Assembly: GCA_026025795.1 (NCBI GenBank)
Contig: JAPEUG010000178.1
Location: 1 to 33,296 of the forward strand
Source: Thelocarpon superellum
Taxonomy: Eukaryota
DNA: 33,296 nt
Reading direction: 5' to 3'
A model generated the notes under the pieces. It was not told the DNA's origin. It saw only the letters and a list, made by a program, of their open reading frames with translations, and did no database searches. The translations under genes and the position numbers were made by a program. Shown here piece after piece: positions 1 to 12,288 of the stretch. The number at the start of each line of letters is the position of its first letter. Position 1 is the first letter of the stretch.

Positions 1-183
1 ATGGGCGAAATGATGAGGACAAGAATAAGTATGATGAGGTCAGGCCAGCAGTCAATCAATCCGCTTTGCTTTCGCTTTCTCTCTCGCTCTCGCTCTCGTT
101 CTCCCTTTCGCTCTCGCGTGCGCTTTCACTGTTCCAACCCGATTCAATGGGACTTACTAGTAGTAGTACTATGTACACCACAC

Positions 184-205
184 CACGTCACGTCACGTCA
201 CGTCA
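184..205. repeat. (CACGT)4 pentanucleotide microsatellite
   Basis: cacgtcacgtcacgtcacgtca read directly. It lies in a low-complexity 1-1200 region with other short repeats (CTCTCG at ~79-98, TAG at ~157-168, GATCG at ~1041-1066). Confidence 0.85.
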
Positions 206-1231
206 TCTATTCTACTCACCTCGATCCAGATTCATACTCACACCCACCTTCATTCATTCACTACATTTCATATGCCCATGTGACTACGTAACCCCGGGAT
301 CAAGATATCAATCCAGTGGTTCCGTGATCGATTGAAGTTGGAGATCTAGGAGTAAAGAGAGCCCGACATTTGAAAGGAGAAAGTCGGAGAGATTGAGAAA
401 CGAGAAGTGAGAACCGTAGGCCAAGCTGCCTGGGTCTTAAGAAAGTGTAGAAAGTGAAGAAAGTGAGCATGGTGGACAAACGCCAATGCACAGGCAAGGC
501 AAGGGCAAATGCAAGGGCAAAAGGATGGTAGAAATCTAGTCAAGCACCAGTAAAAGCACCAGAATCCACCGTGTCCCGTCATCCCCATCAATGTCGTTTC
601 TGTCGTCAGTCTGCGCATGGATGAGTGGTTGAATCCTTTTGTCGCTGTTTTCGTGGGCTTTCGTCTCGCTCCATCGCTCGCTCGCTTTTGGTTGTCTGTT
701 TCCTCCCTCCACTCCTTCCCTCCTTCCCTCCTTCCTATTCCTTTCCCCCACGAGTCCGCCGGTTCTCCGTCGTTGAGCAAATTGACTAAGTAAATTGAAA
801 CGAAATAAAGCGAACTAAGTGGTATGCTTGGGAAGAGACGAGAAGAGATCGGAAGAGAAGAAGGAGAAAGGAGCAAGGAGAAATGAGAAAGGAGAAAGGA
901 GAGGATGAAAGACATCCTGATGTGTGGCAGACCAAAGAAGAAAAGAACATGCTGAGTTATCCCCCTTCTCCCTGGCTGATCCTGCGTGATTGCTCGTCTT
1001 CTCGCTACTGGTGGTTGAAACGGGAGGTTGAGGTTGAATAGATCGAATCGGATCGGATCGGATCGGTTGGCGAGGGAAGTGGTGAAGGGTAGAGGGTACG
1101 AGCCAAATGGAGATGCACGGGGGAGATGTTAGGATGCAGCACTTGTAGCTCGTCAGAAGAATGTGCCCGGTGATGCACGCTTGTCAGGCATTGGAGCCGA
1201 GGGTGGTGTCGACAGAGAAAGAGAGGTAGGC

Positions 1232-3831
1232 TCAATTCGCGGCCCCCCCACAGCGAAGAGAATCGCTAAAGGCATTCTTCAACAGGCCGGCGCTGTCTTG
1301 GAGCATGGCAAAGATGTACCCCTTGTTGATCGAAGGAGGAGGGTCGCGTTGGAAGGCGGCCAAAACCACTCCGCCCGTATAGGATCCGTCATCATTCGAT
1401 TCGATCCCATAGTTGCTCACCGCCCGACTTCGAGGTCCGTCCCGTACCACCGGAGCGATCAACCCCACTCGATACCGGTTCTCATGGACGGGATAGCTGC
1501 CGCGATTGTTGAGGAAGATCAGCCCTGTGGTCTGATTGAGCGCTTCTAGGTGAAGGCGGATGGAGAATCCCATCGACGGGTTGGCCAGGCCGTGTGACGC
1601 AAGCACCTGGGTTGAGAAATGCTCGGGATCTATCCATCGTCTCCCGCCGCTAGACTGCGTGATGCGAATAGGTTCGATGCGAAGCGCGTACACCAGGTCG
1701 CAATCGATCCGACGCGCCAGCAATTCCAGGATGAATTGCGCTTCCGACACCGTCTTCGCTGGTGGGACATGCTCGCTGATCCGGCCTCGCAACGGGGCAT
1801 CGTCGAACTCGATGGGCATCGTCGACATCAGCGTTGCGAGGCTTGGCCCCACAAGAATGGACTCGTGCAGCTCTTCGATTTCCTCCGCAGTCTGCTCGGC
1901 CTCGAGCCGCTGATAGTTTGGTCGGAGCGTCGTCGACGATGCCGTCAGGCAACGTGAGATTCGGCCGGGCTCGAACTCATCCGACGAGGTTGAGCAAGGC
2001 AAATCACTCGATGGCGTATCCGGTGGAGTGGGCATGGATTGATGGGCTCTCGTCACCTCCGCCGAGGTGAGGATTGGTGTCGTCCCGCCGAACGGATCGT
2101 CCCCAAGCGGCGCCACCGGCTCTTGACGTGCAGTCCCTCGAAAGAGATCATTCCGTAGTGGGACGACGGGCGGCTGCTGCACCTGTCGCAAAGGCGCGAT
2201 CGGGGCTTGCTCCATGCCGCGCCCGAATCGTGGGGGCGGCTTGCGAGGGGGATGAGGTGGTTTCTCGGCTTGCTTCTTGGCCTTGGCCTTGGCCTTGGCC
2301 TTGAACCATCCGCGTCGCACGTCTTCCGCCTCCGCCTCGAGGCTGTCCAACAATCTCGAGGTGATGGCGTGGGCCCGCTCGATCGGCGTTAGGCTAAGAC
2401 CTTCCGTAATTGGCGTGGCCGCCGGTGATTCCGGAGTCGCGAGCATCTGCTTGAGATCGTCGGGCGTGTAGGATTGGTGACCCTGTGCGACGGTCTCAAT
2501 ATCTGCGATCGCCACCTTGGTCATATCGAACATCAAGCGACGATGCTGGGGCGTGAACTCCTCTCGTGGCTTCGGATCGAAGATGGCGAGTACGCCCACC
2601 GTGATTCCCTCTCCCGTGACGAGTGGCATGCCGACGAAGAAGCGAAGACGAGGAGCAGCGTTTACGAGCGGATTCCCCCGGAAACGCCAGTCCTGAAGAC
2701 AGTCAGCGGACGTTCCACAGGTCCTCGAAGATCCGATACCTTCTGTGCATCGAGCACGATCATCGGATCCGCACCCGACAGCAACACGTGGGCCGCAATA
2801 CTACTCTCCCGCGGCACTCGTTGGATGGGAACCCCGCTGGAGGCCTTAATGATCTCGTCATCTTGCGTGAAGAAGCTTAGCGTGGCATGCTCGACTTGAA
2901 ACGCCGTCCGCGAGAGCTCGACGAGACGAACGGCGGATTTCAGCGCCGACCCTGAATAGAATGCCAGCTCCAAGCGGCGGGTGACTTCGACACGTCGGGA
3001 TTCGCTCCGTGCAGCTGGCGCCACCAGGTAGTCAAAGCTGGCCTTGCGTGGCGGAGGATCCGGAGGGTTCGACATGTTGAAGCGGCCCTGTCACGTCTAA
3101 GCCTCATCCCAGTCAGAACCAGTGAGACATACCTCGGCGTAACACTTCATAAAGAACCCCCACTCCTGCACATACTTGCCGTCGGACGCGGCCTCGAGGG
3201 CCGTCCTCTCACGTTCTCGTAGTCCCTTCCCTGGCAGGACCAGCGGCGCGGGGATCTCCCCTTCGAGATTGCTTTGGGAGTTGTTCGTGCTCTGGCCGGG
3301 CGACGGTGAAGACTGGATGGGGCCAAGGCTACGAGGACTGAGGAGGTCGTCCAGATCTGAATCAGCGCGACCCCGTCGTAGATCTCCGGCCGAGTTTGTG
3401 CTGAACTCGTCTCGTGGCTCGGGCTTGCTCATGAGCGGTCGAGTGTGCGGGGAGTGCACGATGCTGGGTGGAAAGGGGAGGTAGCTGAGGGGGGCTGGAG
3501 CAGGCATGAGCGTGGCCGGCTGGTGGCTCTTCTCACCCTTACCATTTGCCTGGCCATGCCCGTTACCCTGGCCATTGCGGTGAAAGAGGCGCTTCAGGAC
3601 GTGATCGGTACCACGGGTGGTGGGCGCAGCCTTCTTGGAGGGAGGTGTTGTGAGATGAGGCTTGTTCACATCGGCATATTGACGGGGGATGGCGGGCACG
3701 GGAGGGGCACCAGTGGCGTCGCCGTTCTCGAGGAGGAGCTTGCGGGCCTCGAGGATGTCAATGCTTGGTTTGCGCATCAGGCGTCGCGTCGACGACTCCG
3801 GGGGATCGGGAGCCATAGGCACGGGCCTCAT
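1232..3831 (-). CDS. GAF-domain-containing protein, ~835 aa, 3 exons
   Basis: Exons 3831-3133, 3087-2740, 2692-1232. Introns 3132-3088 (45 nt, GTATGT..CAG) and 2739-2693 (47 nt, GTATCG..CTGAC..CAG) join three ORFs in frame. The spliced sequence RESSIAAHVLLS..MIVLDAQKDWRFRGNPLV..RFFVGMPLVT..VGVLAIFDPKPR is a typical fungal GAF signature. Confidence 0.88.
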
Positions 3832-5812
3832 GTTTGGACAGAGTGGAGCATAAAATACTCACCGACGAGTCTATTGTGCGACGCGGTGGGAAGAATGGAT
3901 GGACGAGCAGGGCGAAGGTACCTTGCGCATTTGTGGAGGCAGGACAAGGACGCAGGGATGAGAGGGTGAGAGAGGGTGTGCGGAGCGTGGCGGGGTCACG
4001 ATGACCTCCTGAACAGAACGGTGACCACATCTTAGACGCGTCTGCCAGGATGGAGAAGAAGCTGGGCGACGGGACAGCATTCACTGAAGCTCAAGACGGG
4101 CGATGTGGCATGGAATCCGTTTCAGCAGTCTCCGTGACTGGAAGCGTCACTGCGCTCGTCACTGTGATGGGGACGGTTGTATCTCCGGAGCGTGCGAACG
4201 GACCGTGCGGATCACGCAGATTAAATCCAACTAGACAGTGAGATAACATGAAGGGAGACGATGCAGGTTGACGGGCATGGCTAGATGATTGTGACATGGT
4301 GCCCTCTTCCGTCCTACCCACCATCGTGACACCACCAGACTGTCCGGTGCGCCACCTCGGCTGCGTGGATCAGGCGCCACCGCGGCGGACCACGGTCAAC
4401 CATGATCCGACGCTGCACCAGCGAGGTTCTGTGAATGGGTCAAGCAGGGCACGGTGAGGCAACAGGAAAGGCCGCGATGGCCGATGGATGACACCAGATG
4501 GCACTGCAGGACTGCAATCCAATCTCCACGCTCAACGACGGTCGTCGTGATGGCGCCGCGGCGCGACGGCGCGACGACTGAACTCCCTTCCGGCTCCACT
4601 TTCCAGCGCCACCTCGACCGCCGTTGCGCGACCCTATTCCGAACTTGGCCGCTGCGTGTGCCGGCCCCACAAAACGAACCGGCATTGTCTTTCGCGAGGG
4701 AAGAAATGCCGAGCCGACGAACAGGAACCCCCGGGCATGATGACCTCTGGTGGTTGAGAAGTGCCTTTGTTTCACTTGGATCGAAGTGGAGCTTGTCCCT
4801 TCTCAGGTCGACGTGCGCATCCAGGTCACTTTGATGAGTCGAGTTGGCTATTGCGCGCAAGCTCCAGGCTTAGCGACATGGGTTGGCTCGCCGTCGCCGC
4901 CCGTACCACCGTGACGGGGACGAGTCTGGGACAGCCAGGAAGCCGAGCGAGACGGCAGTTCCAACGGCCACACGAAATTCTTCGGCAAGCTGCAATCATG
5001 TCTGCTATCCCATTCCCTTTGCATCGCACACGCCGCAACTCAGGCGGTTCGCACACCGTGTGGACATTCCACACGAGCCGTGCATACCGGCGGCACCGGC
5101 AAATGCTACTAGCCGTCACCAGCCATCGCACTTGAGGGGGTGCCATAATATGTTTCCGGAATAATGGTCATGGGCTGCGAGCTTGTGAACGGATCCTATC
5201 CTTTGGTCTCGGGGAATTGACCATCAGCCATGTCGTCAGAATCGATAGTCTCTCATGCTTGTATGGTACCATGTGATGGGTAGCGCGACGCGGATGGGTG
5301 GACGCTGGTGGAACGCCATACTGCAGCTCCTCTCGCGGTACCTGCCGTCGCTGTCGCTACGGGAGCGGGTCCTTGGTATCGCCCGTCACGCTAGATGTCG
5401 CGGTAGTGAATCCTTGCATTCGCCGACACAGTTTCCCACCTCTTGCACTGAAAGGAGGTGGATCCAGCAGACTGGGACCAGATTTGACTTTCCTCCCTCC
5501 AGCTGGGTCATATCTTATGAGGTGGTGTAGCTTTCGACCAAAAGTGGAGCTCATCAGGCCCGGCTGCAGTTGTCCTTGCCGCAGGGTCTCCCCGCCCCCG
5601 ACTGAGTGGAAAAGGCGCCAGAGGCGGCATGGTGCCTCGACGGCAGCAGCATATATCACAATCAACGCCTTTGTCGTATATTACTTTTATTCGTACCCTG
5701 GGGTAATCGTGCTTTATCTTAGACTTGTCACAGCACGTTTGAGTTCCAGAAACGGCCCGGGTTCTTGTACGACGCTGAGACTTGACATGGCTAGTTCTAG
5801 AGAATGATCGGC

Positions 5813-7487
5813 TCAGCCTGCCTTCATAGACCCGGCCGCCTCCGCGCCTGCATCAAAGCACATCTCCCACCGAAGAATCTCGGCAGGAAAGTCTTGGTTG
5901 ACGGTGGGCCGGTCACGTACAAACCATGCCAGGCACGCTCCAGCCAGACTAACGCTCACCAGGACGCTCCAAAGTGCGAGATTGGTGGTTGCCACCGTCA
6001 CTTCCGGACTGAAGTAAAAGCTGGCCCCAGTGACGGCCACGGCCAACGCCTTGAAGACCGTTGCCGTCTGCATCAGCCCGACGATGGTGCCGCTCGAGAA
6101 CACATCCGGCGAGGCGTTGAGCACGAGGAGAGCCACGAGCACTCGTGCCGTGGAGAAGAGCGTGTTCTTGAAGAGAAGCGAAGCGCCCGACGAGATGGCT
6201 GTGGCCATGGGAGATGACGACGCTACGTAGGCGAAGAGTGGCGTGACGATGTAGATGGCGGGAAAGCAGATGGAAAAGATCTGGTAAGGCCGCAGGGCTC
6301 CGAGGTTCCTTGCCAGGCGCGGAATCGTTGTCAAGACCAACATTGCCGCCACCGCACGCACGCAGAGTGTCACCACGTCGAGGATTGAGCACGGGATGCC
6401 CATACCGCCGTGGTGCGTGGGTGAATGGCCCAGATGGGGCAGCAGCGTGTCGAATGTCGACGAATGCAGCGACAGCAGCGAGAAAGAGCTCAAGAGAATG
6501 ATGAGGGACGGCGCCCGTAGCATCTGGCGCAGCGAGATGGGGTCGGGGAGCGTCGAGTCGACAATAGCAATGGACGGTGTCTCCGAGGCCGCGGGGCCGA
6601 GGAAGGCTGACCTCTCCGATTCCATCGGGGATAGAGAGCGCTCGTGGTCCGCCAGGATTGGTAGGGTCTCATCCAAGAAGAGGCAGACCACGACGGCAAT
6701 GGCCAGCACCAGTAACCCGCAGGTGATTTGGCTCGACAAGAGGGGATACCTTGCCCACACCGCCCCGTATGCGGTCAATGATCGAGTGACCATTCCTTGC
6801 ACCAAGGGTCCCACTGATCCGCAAAGTCCTACCAAAGGCAGTCGCGATACGGTCACGGCCCGGTCCGAGGTGCTTGGGCTGAGATCCCCGATCATGGTTA
6901 GGCTCACAACAGCCGTCGACGAGCTAACAAGACCAGCCACGAAGCGGAGGAGGGCACAGCTGACCAGATTGGTGGCAAATCCCATGCTGTCCCCGCATCA
7001 GCCTGGTCCCATCGACCCGAGGAAGCGGGAGAGGCAATCCCACCTGACGCAGCAGAGCAACATGCCGCCCATACCCGTCAACGCCACTGGCCGTCGACCG
7101 ATGCGATCTGACAGCCAGCCCCAGAACATTCCAGCAACGCCGCCAAACGCATATGAGTAGTCCAAGATGCTGCGCACGTACGACGCCGAGAAATCGCCGC
7201 AGACGCCACCACTGTCAGTCAGCATCTGCAATTGTGGCTGGAGGCCGGATGCCATGATGCTGCGTTCGGTAAGCCAGCGCGACGGTAAGGAGAGACGAAC
7301 CGGGGAAATCTCACGCTTCGGCCATGAAGAGCATGTAGATGATGGCCAACGTTCGTCGTGACTTGGTTGGCGGCTCGGTCGTCATGCCTTGCTCTACATC
7401 GTCTCCGAAATCGAGCTCCACTTTCTCGAACAATCCCAACTCCGCAAAACTCATCTCCGACATGGTCCGTTGATGTAGCCGGCCCAT
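5813..7487 (-). CDS. Major facilitator superfamily transporter, ~520 aa, 3 exons
   Basis: Exons 7487-7315, 7259-7044, 6986-5813. Introns 7314-7260 (55 nt, GTGAGA..CAG) and 7043-6987 (57 nt, GTGGGA..CTGAT..CAG). MFS motif A (WGWLSDRIGRRPV) and many hydrophobic helices are present. Substrate cannot be assigned. Confidence 0.9.
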
Positions 7488-8629
7488 GATGAAAAATGGA
7501 AGGGTCGGCCCGACCGGATGTGAGGATTTGGTGAAGACGATGCTCTCCGCGACCAGCGCGAGGGTATCGTGGTGTGGGGAAGGACCGATGAGCTGAGGTC
7601 CTGAGGGGGAAGCAAGCTGCACACGAGTCTGCAGCGGACGGTGGTACAAGAGAGTGGGAGAGAGAGTAATGGAGAGCTCTCGAAAGAATGCACCAAGGAC
7701 TCAAACGACCTTCCCAAAGAGTGACGAGGCACGACCGAGGCGACGAGCGACGACGCCCGATGCTCCTGAAGGGAGTGAGGAGGGTGAGGAGGGGTCAAGA
7801 GTCGTCACGAGCACGCATGAAGATCGACTTGGCTCACGCATCGACGCCCCAGCTTCCACTGCCGAGTGGGGTGCACCAGTGCTCCCAATCGCTCGGCATC
7901 CTGAGGGAGATCAAGGGGCCAGCGTCCGGGCATAAACGGAACGGCCGTGGCCTAGTCATCGGCGCCGCCATGGCAGGGGCGCACTCCATCTCCACTATCC
8001 TCGGCTGGAGATATTGAGCATGGGCGAAGCCGGACGCCAGCGAGACAAGCCGGGCGGTGATTGGACTTGGCGACGGTCGGCAAGATTAGCGGCGCCATGG
8101 ACCAAGCCGGGGTCCTCGCAGACCTCCTGCGATTGGCGGGATGGTTCAGGTACGAGGTAACGGGACGCCGATCATACGGTGCTTTAGGGTCGCTAAGTGA
8201 ACTAATCGAACGGGTGTGGGCATGCTCGTCAACGATAATGGGCGGGCCAGCAGGGACGGAGACGAACCACCCCCTACTCGTACGCGAGATGGTGATGGGT
8301 CCCGGCAGTTGCGGAGTAGCCACTGCTCCCCGCTCAACCACAGGCATACTAACCATTAGGAATGGTCAGCTGGCATGGTGATAATACCAATGGCCCTTCT
8401 CGTAGTACTTACAATGCAAACCATTCCCATCCTTATTGATCTAATACATCCTGATGTAGTCACTACACGTGAATGGTTATGAACACGAGTTTTGAAAGAG
8501 GATATTCGCTTCGGCATTACTTTACAAACTGTACTGGTGGAGGAAGGAAAGGAAAGAAGTCGCTTGGTCGTGATGCTCGTCATAAGATATGGGGTCGATC
8601 ATGCAGACGCCAAAGGAGCATTTGCAAAA

Positions 8630-10836
8630 TCATGCACTTGGGACTCGTCGTGAAGTGACTGTCATCCTGCGCAACAACTTGCGAACGATGCCGTTTTCCT
8701 TAGGCGGCGGGCCCCAACCGTCCACCCCGCCAAAAGGACCAGGCGCCCCATGTGACGCCTCCACGAACGGCGTCATTCCATCCAGCGCCAGTGGGTCGTC
8801 CTTGCCACGTCCTTGCCATCCGTACAGAGCATCTTCATCTGCCCGGAGTTCCGGCTTGGTCAGCGTCATACGTAGCGTCATCTCGCGATTCTCTCCCAGG
8901 GCGGCGACGATATTCTTGCCCGAGGGATAGCGAATGGTAGGACGTTGAGGTGTGACCGAGCCGCTCGAGCTTGACTTCGACGAGGGAAGACGATGCGGCG
9001 ATTGGAAGGTCGTCTCGAGGTCGGACGGCGTGCGAGGGACATCTGAATCCGGGACGGACGATTCATCTCCATTCTCCGACAACGATGCCGTCTCATCGTC
9101 GAAGAAGGTCCGACCCTCGGTGTATTGGGGAGACTTGATTGCCTTGGCTGAGATCGTCTCCGGTCGCAGGTTCTCTTTATTACCCTCCGCGAGTGACGGG
9201 AAGCCGAATTCGATGGCCTCGTCAAATCGCCGCGGCGATGTGAGGAATTGCCGTACCTTCTCGCGTGCATTGGGATCTTGATAGTACGTCGCCTCAGGGT
9301 CGGCCACGGCCGAGGGGCCTTCTGAGCGCCGTCGGGGCAGCTCGAAGCCGATGGATGATCGGGCCGGTGCCTCTTCGTGCATGGTTTGACGGTGTCTGGG
9401 CGTGGGCCGGGCCGGGCCGGTGATCGAGGGCGTGCGTCGGCGGGACGAGCGCGAGGACTTGGAGCCTATGCGCACTGGCCGTCGGATTGAGGCTCGTCGC
9501 GTTGGTTTCGGCGACAACGTGGTGAAGGCGGCCGGAGCCTTCTTCGGAACGTCGGCGCGAGGCCGTTCATCGAGCGAGAAGCGTAGATTGAGGTCTGGAC
9601 TGTCGTCCATCCACCGGAAGGAGTCGGCGAGTGTATCGACCATGGTGAGTGTACTGACCCGTCGTCGCTCGGGTGAGGTCTCGAAGGAGAAGCGTTTGGA
9701 CCGGCGAGGCGGGGGCGTCGCAGCACGGATGGTGCTCTCCGACTCGAGACGTCGGTGTGTGGGGATATGGAGCTGGGGGGCCGGGGCCAAGGTCGGGACA
9801 GGGGCCGCGACCGGGACCGGGGTGCGCACGTGGTTGTGGGTAAGAGTAGGGGCGTCGAGGACTATGCTTTCGCAACGTGACGCGAGAAGGACTTGTTCAT
9901 CCCTCGTAAAATGTCGGGACTTGGCCTTCTCGGGGAGATTTAGGTACCACTCGGCGTCGGCCGGAGTAACAATGGTACGACGGATCGATGACCGCCGGGA
10001 AGATTTACTCGGAGATCCGCTGCGGGGAGAGGTGGGATGCCGCGACCGCGACTTGGGGTCGCTGGTGGGTCGGCGTCCGCGGAAAGACCGGCGTGCGTTG
10101 GAGAAGGTAGGTTGCAATGACAGTCGGAGTCGGTCCAGAGCTGAGGAAGACTGTAGGCGCGAACGTCAGCAAGGACGCGGGAACGGGGTGGAATATATCA
10201 ATCAAATCATGGCCGGTGGTAAAAGGGGAAATGGGGAGGAACGATATGCCGCCCCTCGTGGAATTGGTAGTGTCATGCTGGAGATTGGGGATAAAGTGTC
10301 AAAGTGCATGTGTAGCGCGCTATCATCTGCAGCACACCGCCAATTGGGGGGAGCGAGGGTGATGGGTGGGTTGCTGGGGGAGCGCCGGCCAATGAGGTGC
10401 ATGGCGATGAGATTATCCAAATCCTCGGCTCCGCGCTCATCGATGACTAGTCACGTCGTGGCCAGTCACAGCAATGGTGGAGCCGATGCGGTGAGGCTTG
10501 CCACACGAACGAACCAGTCTTGAATGGAAAGTTGACCCGTACCTTGCTCTCCACTGGTGGTGGCGTCAACAACGCCCTGGCCAATTCGGCTTCGTCACAC
10601 GTGCCCAGTAACCTCACGCTTTTCGGCCGGTCGTGGAGACCAATCGAAGGGCTGCTGCGTCGCATGGCCGACCGGGGATGCGAGTTTTCTCGCGTGGCAC
10701 CGTTGGGTCTGGGGGGTGGGAGAACGGATGGCAAGCCTGGAGGAGGGTCCATGGTCCATGGCGAAAATGTTGTCTTGGTGGGCGATGCTGGACAATAAAA
10801 GAAGCCACCCGAGATGGCCGACTCCTGCTCCGACAT
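8630..10836 (-). CDS. Ser/Pro/Arg-rich, largely disordered hypothetical protein, ~604 aa, 2 exons
   Basis: The track ORF 8630..10117 starts at TTG and is closed just upstream by a branch-site/acceptor (GCTGAC..TACAG ending 10151). ORF 10447..10836 has an ATG and a donor AAG|GTACGG at 10542, which splices in phase 0. Exons 10836-10543 and 10150-8630. Ordered-looking blocks: WYLNLPEK, YYQDP..FDEAIEFGFPS, REMTLRMTLTKPELRADE. Confidence 0.8.
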
Positions 10837-12277
10837 GATAACCGGGACGGGGATCGTGGACGCGCCGGGGAAAAGCGGTTTGGGTACGGGCGCTGGCCGC
10901 TGGTCGCTGGCGTAGGCGTGGCCGTGGCCGCGGGCGTCTGGTCGGTGGTCGCGTAGCGCGGCGCGGTGCGGTTTGGCGTGGGCTGTTTGACAAGACTGGT
11001 GCGTGGTGATGCTGGCCCGGACCGCACGTCGGGCGTAAGTGGCTTGCAGAGCAGCGACGACACTCTTAAGTCTTTTGTCGAGGGTCGGCGGGCCTCAATT
11101 GTCTTGAGTTGAGGGGTTTGCAAAAAGGTGGAGCGCGAAGGAGCAGGCAGCAGGTCGCAACGGCGGCCGCCCATGAAGTACAAGTACTCTTCGTCCGGTG
11201 GCCACGCAAATTCCTACGGTACCTACCGAGCTCGTGCCGCCCGAAGGAAATTTGGATACAAGCGACCGCGCACGGTTCACGATCCGAGTCCAGTAGGATG
11301 CGACGTGGGTGGGCAGTCTGCCCGGGCGATGAGCTGCTGCAGGGGCCTGACTGCCGCCAGAGCGACGTGATTAGCCCTGTGACGAACACACCCTCAACTC
11401 AGCCGGTCGCTCGCACCATGGTCGCGGCGGCGGTGCTGGACGAACCGGATCGTGCGGACGAGCGCCGGCGTGATGGAGGGTCAGCCTGGGCGGGAGCGAG
11501 TGGGCGAGGGCGCGAGCGAGGGCGCTCCCATAGGGCGGCCGAGTCGGAAGAAACGAGCAAATGATAGCCCATCGACGGACCGACCTCCTTCAGAGGGTCT
11601 TGGGTGGGGCGTTTCGGCGTGGCGGCACCTCCGTTTGGGCTGCACCAAGCGAGCCACGGAGGAATCGATGCTGGTCACCTTCTTACGACTGCTAATGATC
11701 ATGCCTTTCCACCTGCCCTGAAAGCATGGGTCAACCAGTGGAACGATAACTCGCGGCAGGGCGATCGCGGCTAGGGTGGATCCAGCCCACGTCATGGCCC
11801 ATGGCGGTCCCCCTTCCTTCCGCCGGTCCTGAGTCCGCATGCCTGATTCGATGGAGCTCAACCATCCATGCCATCACCCTCGCCGAGCTCCGTTCCGGTC
11901 ATTGGGGACGACTGCCTCGATCTCCGAGCGTATGGCCACGCGGGTCGGGCTAGCAAAGGTAGTTGGGCGAATGCTCTTGATGGCCCTCAGATCGAACTCC
12001 ATTCATGTAGTTTCCGCTAGGCGGCGCAGAGCGGCTTGCACGTCCCCTGATTCGCCGGTTGGTAGAGGGCAACTCCAAAAGTAATGCCGATCGCCCAACC
12101 TGTGGCTCGCGCAAGGTGTGGTGCCGAAATGCCATAAAACCGAGAATTTAACACCCTCCTTACCCTCTTCCCTGCCCCGCGCGTAGCATCGCCAGTGAGG
12201 GTCCAATGAATAGCTAGTCGAAGAAGCCGGGTCGACGACCTGCAGGCCGTGTCCTGCCTCGGTCGCGCGCGCCCATG

Positions 12278-12288
12278 ATTGAGTCAAT
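12278..12288. promoter_or_regulatory. Candidate Gcn4/CpcA (AP-1-type) site ATTGAGTCAAT
   Basis: Perfect TGAGTCA core (12280-12286) with symmetric AT flanks, in the divergent intergenic region between the 604-aa gene and cytidine deaminase. Motif match only. Confidence 0.3.

Noticed and set aside
596..612. CTGACGA-CA-GAAAC on the minus strand, resembling a hammerhead ribozyme core
   Set aside because: There is no stem II and I could not find stems I and III with an NUH cleavage triplet.
346..915. 189-aa minus-strand ORF and other ORFs in 1-1200
   Set aside because: They translate purine/pyrimidine low-complexity tracts (F/S/L- or R/E/G-rich) with no recognisable motif, so intergenic or UTR sequence is more likely.
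2277..2302. (TTGGCC)n repeat
   Set aside because: It is simply a coding AKAKAKAK low-complexity run in the GAF protein linker.
4000..5800. Overlapping 60-170 aa ORFs on both strands
   Set aside because: They show Arg/Cys/Trp-rich random-looking composition with no motifs or coherent splice model, consistent with the promoter/leader of the GAF gene.
9402..10523. 373-aa plus-strand ORF
   Set aside because: It is an antisense shadow of the GC-rich 604-aa gene, starts at a non-ATG codon and has no motifs.
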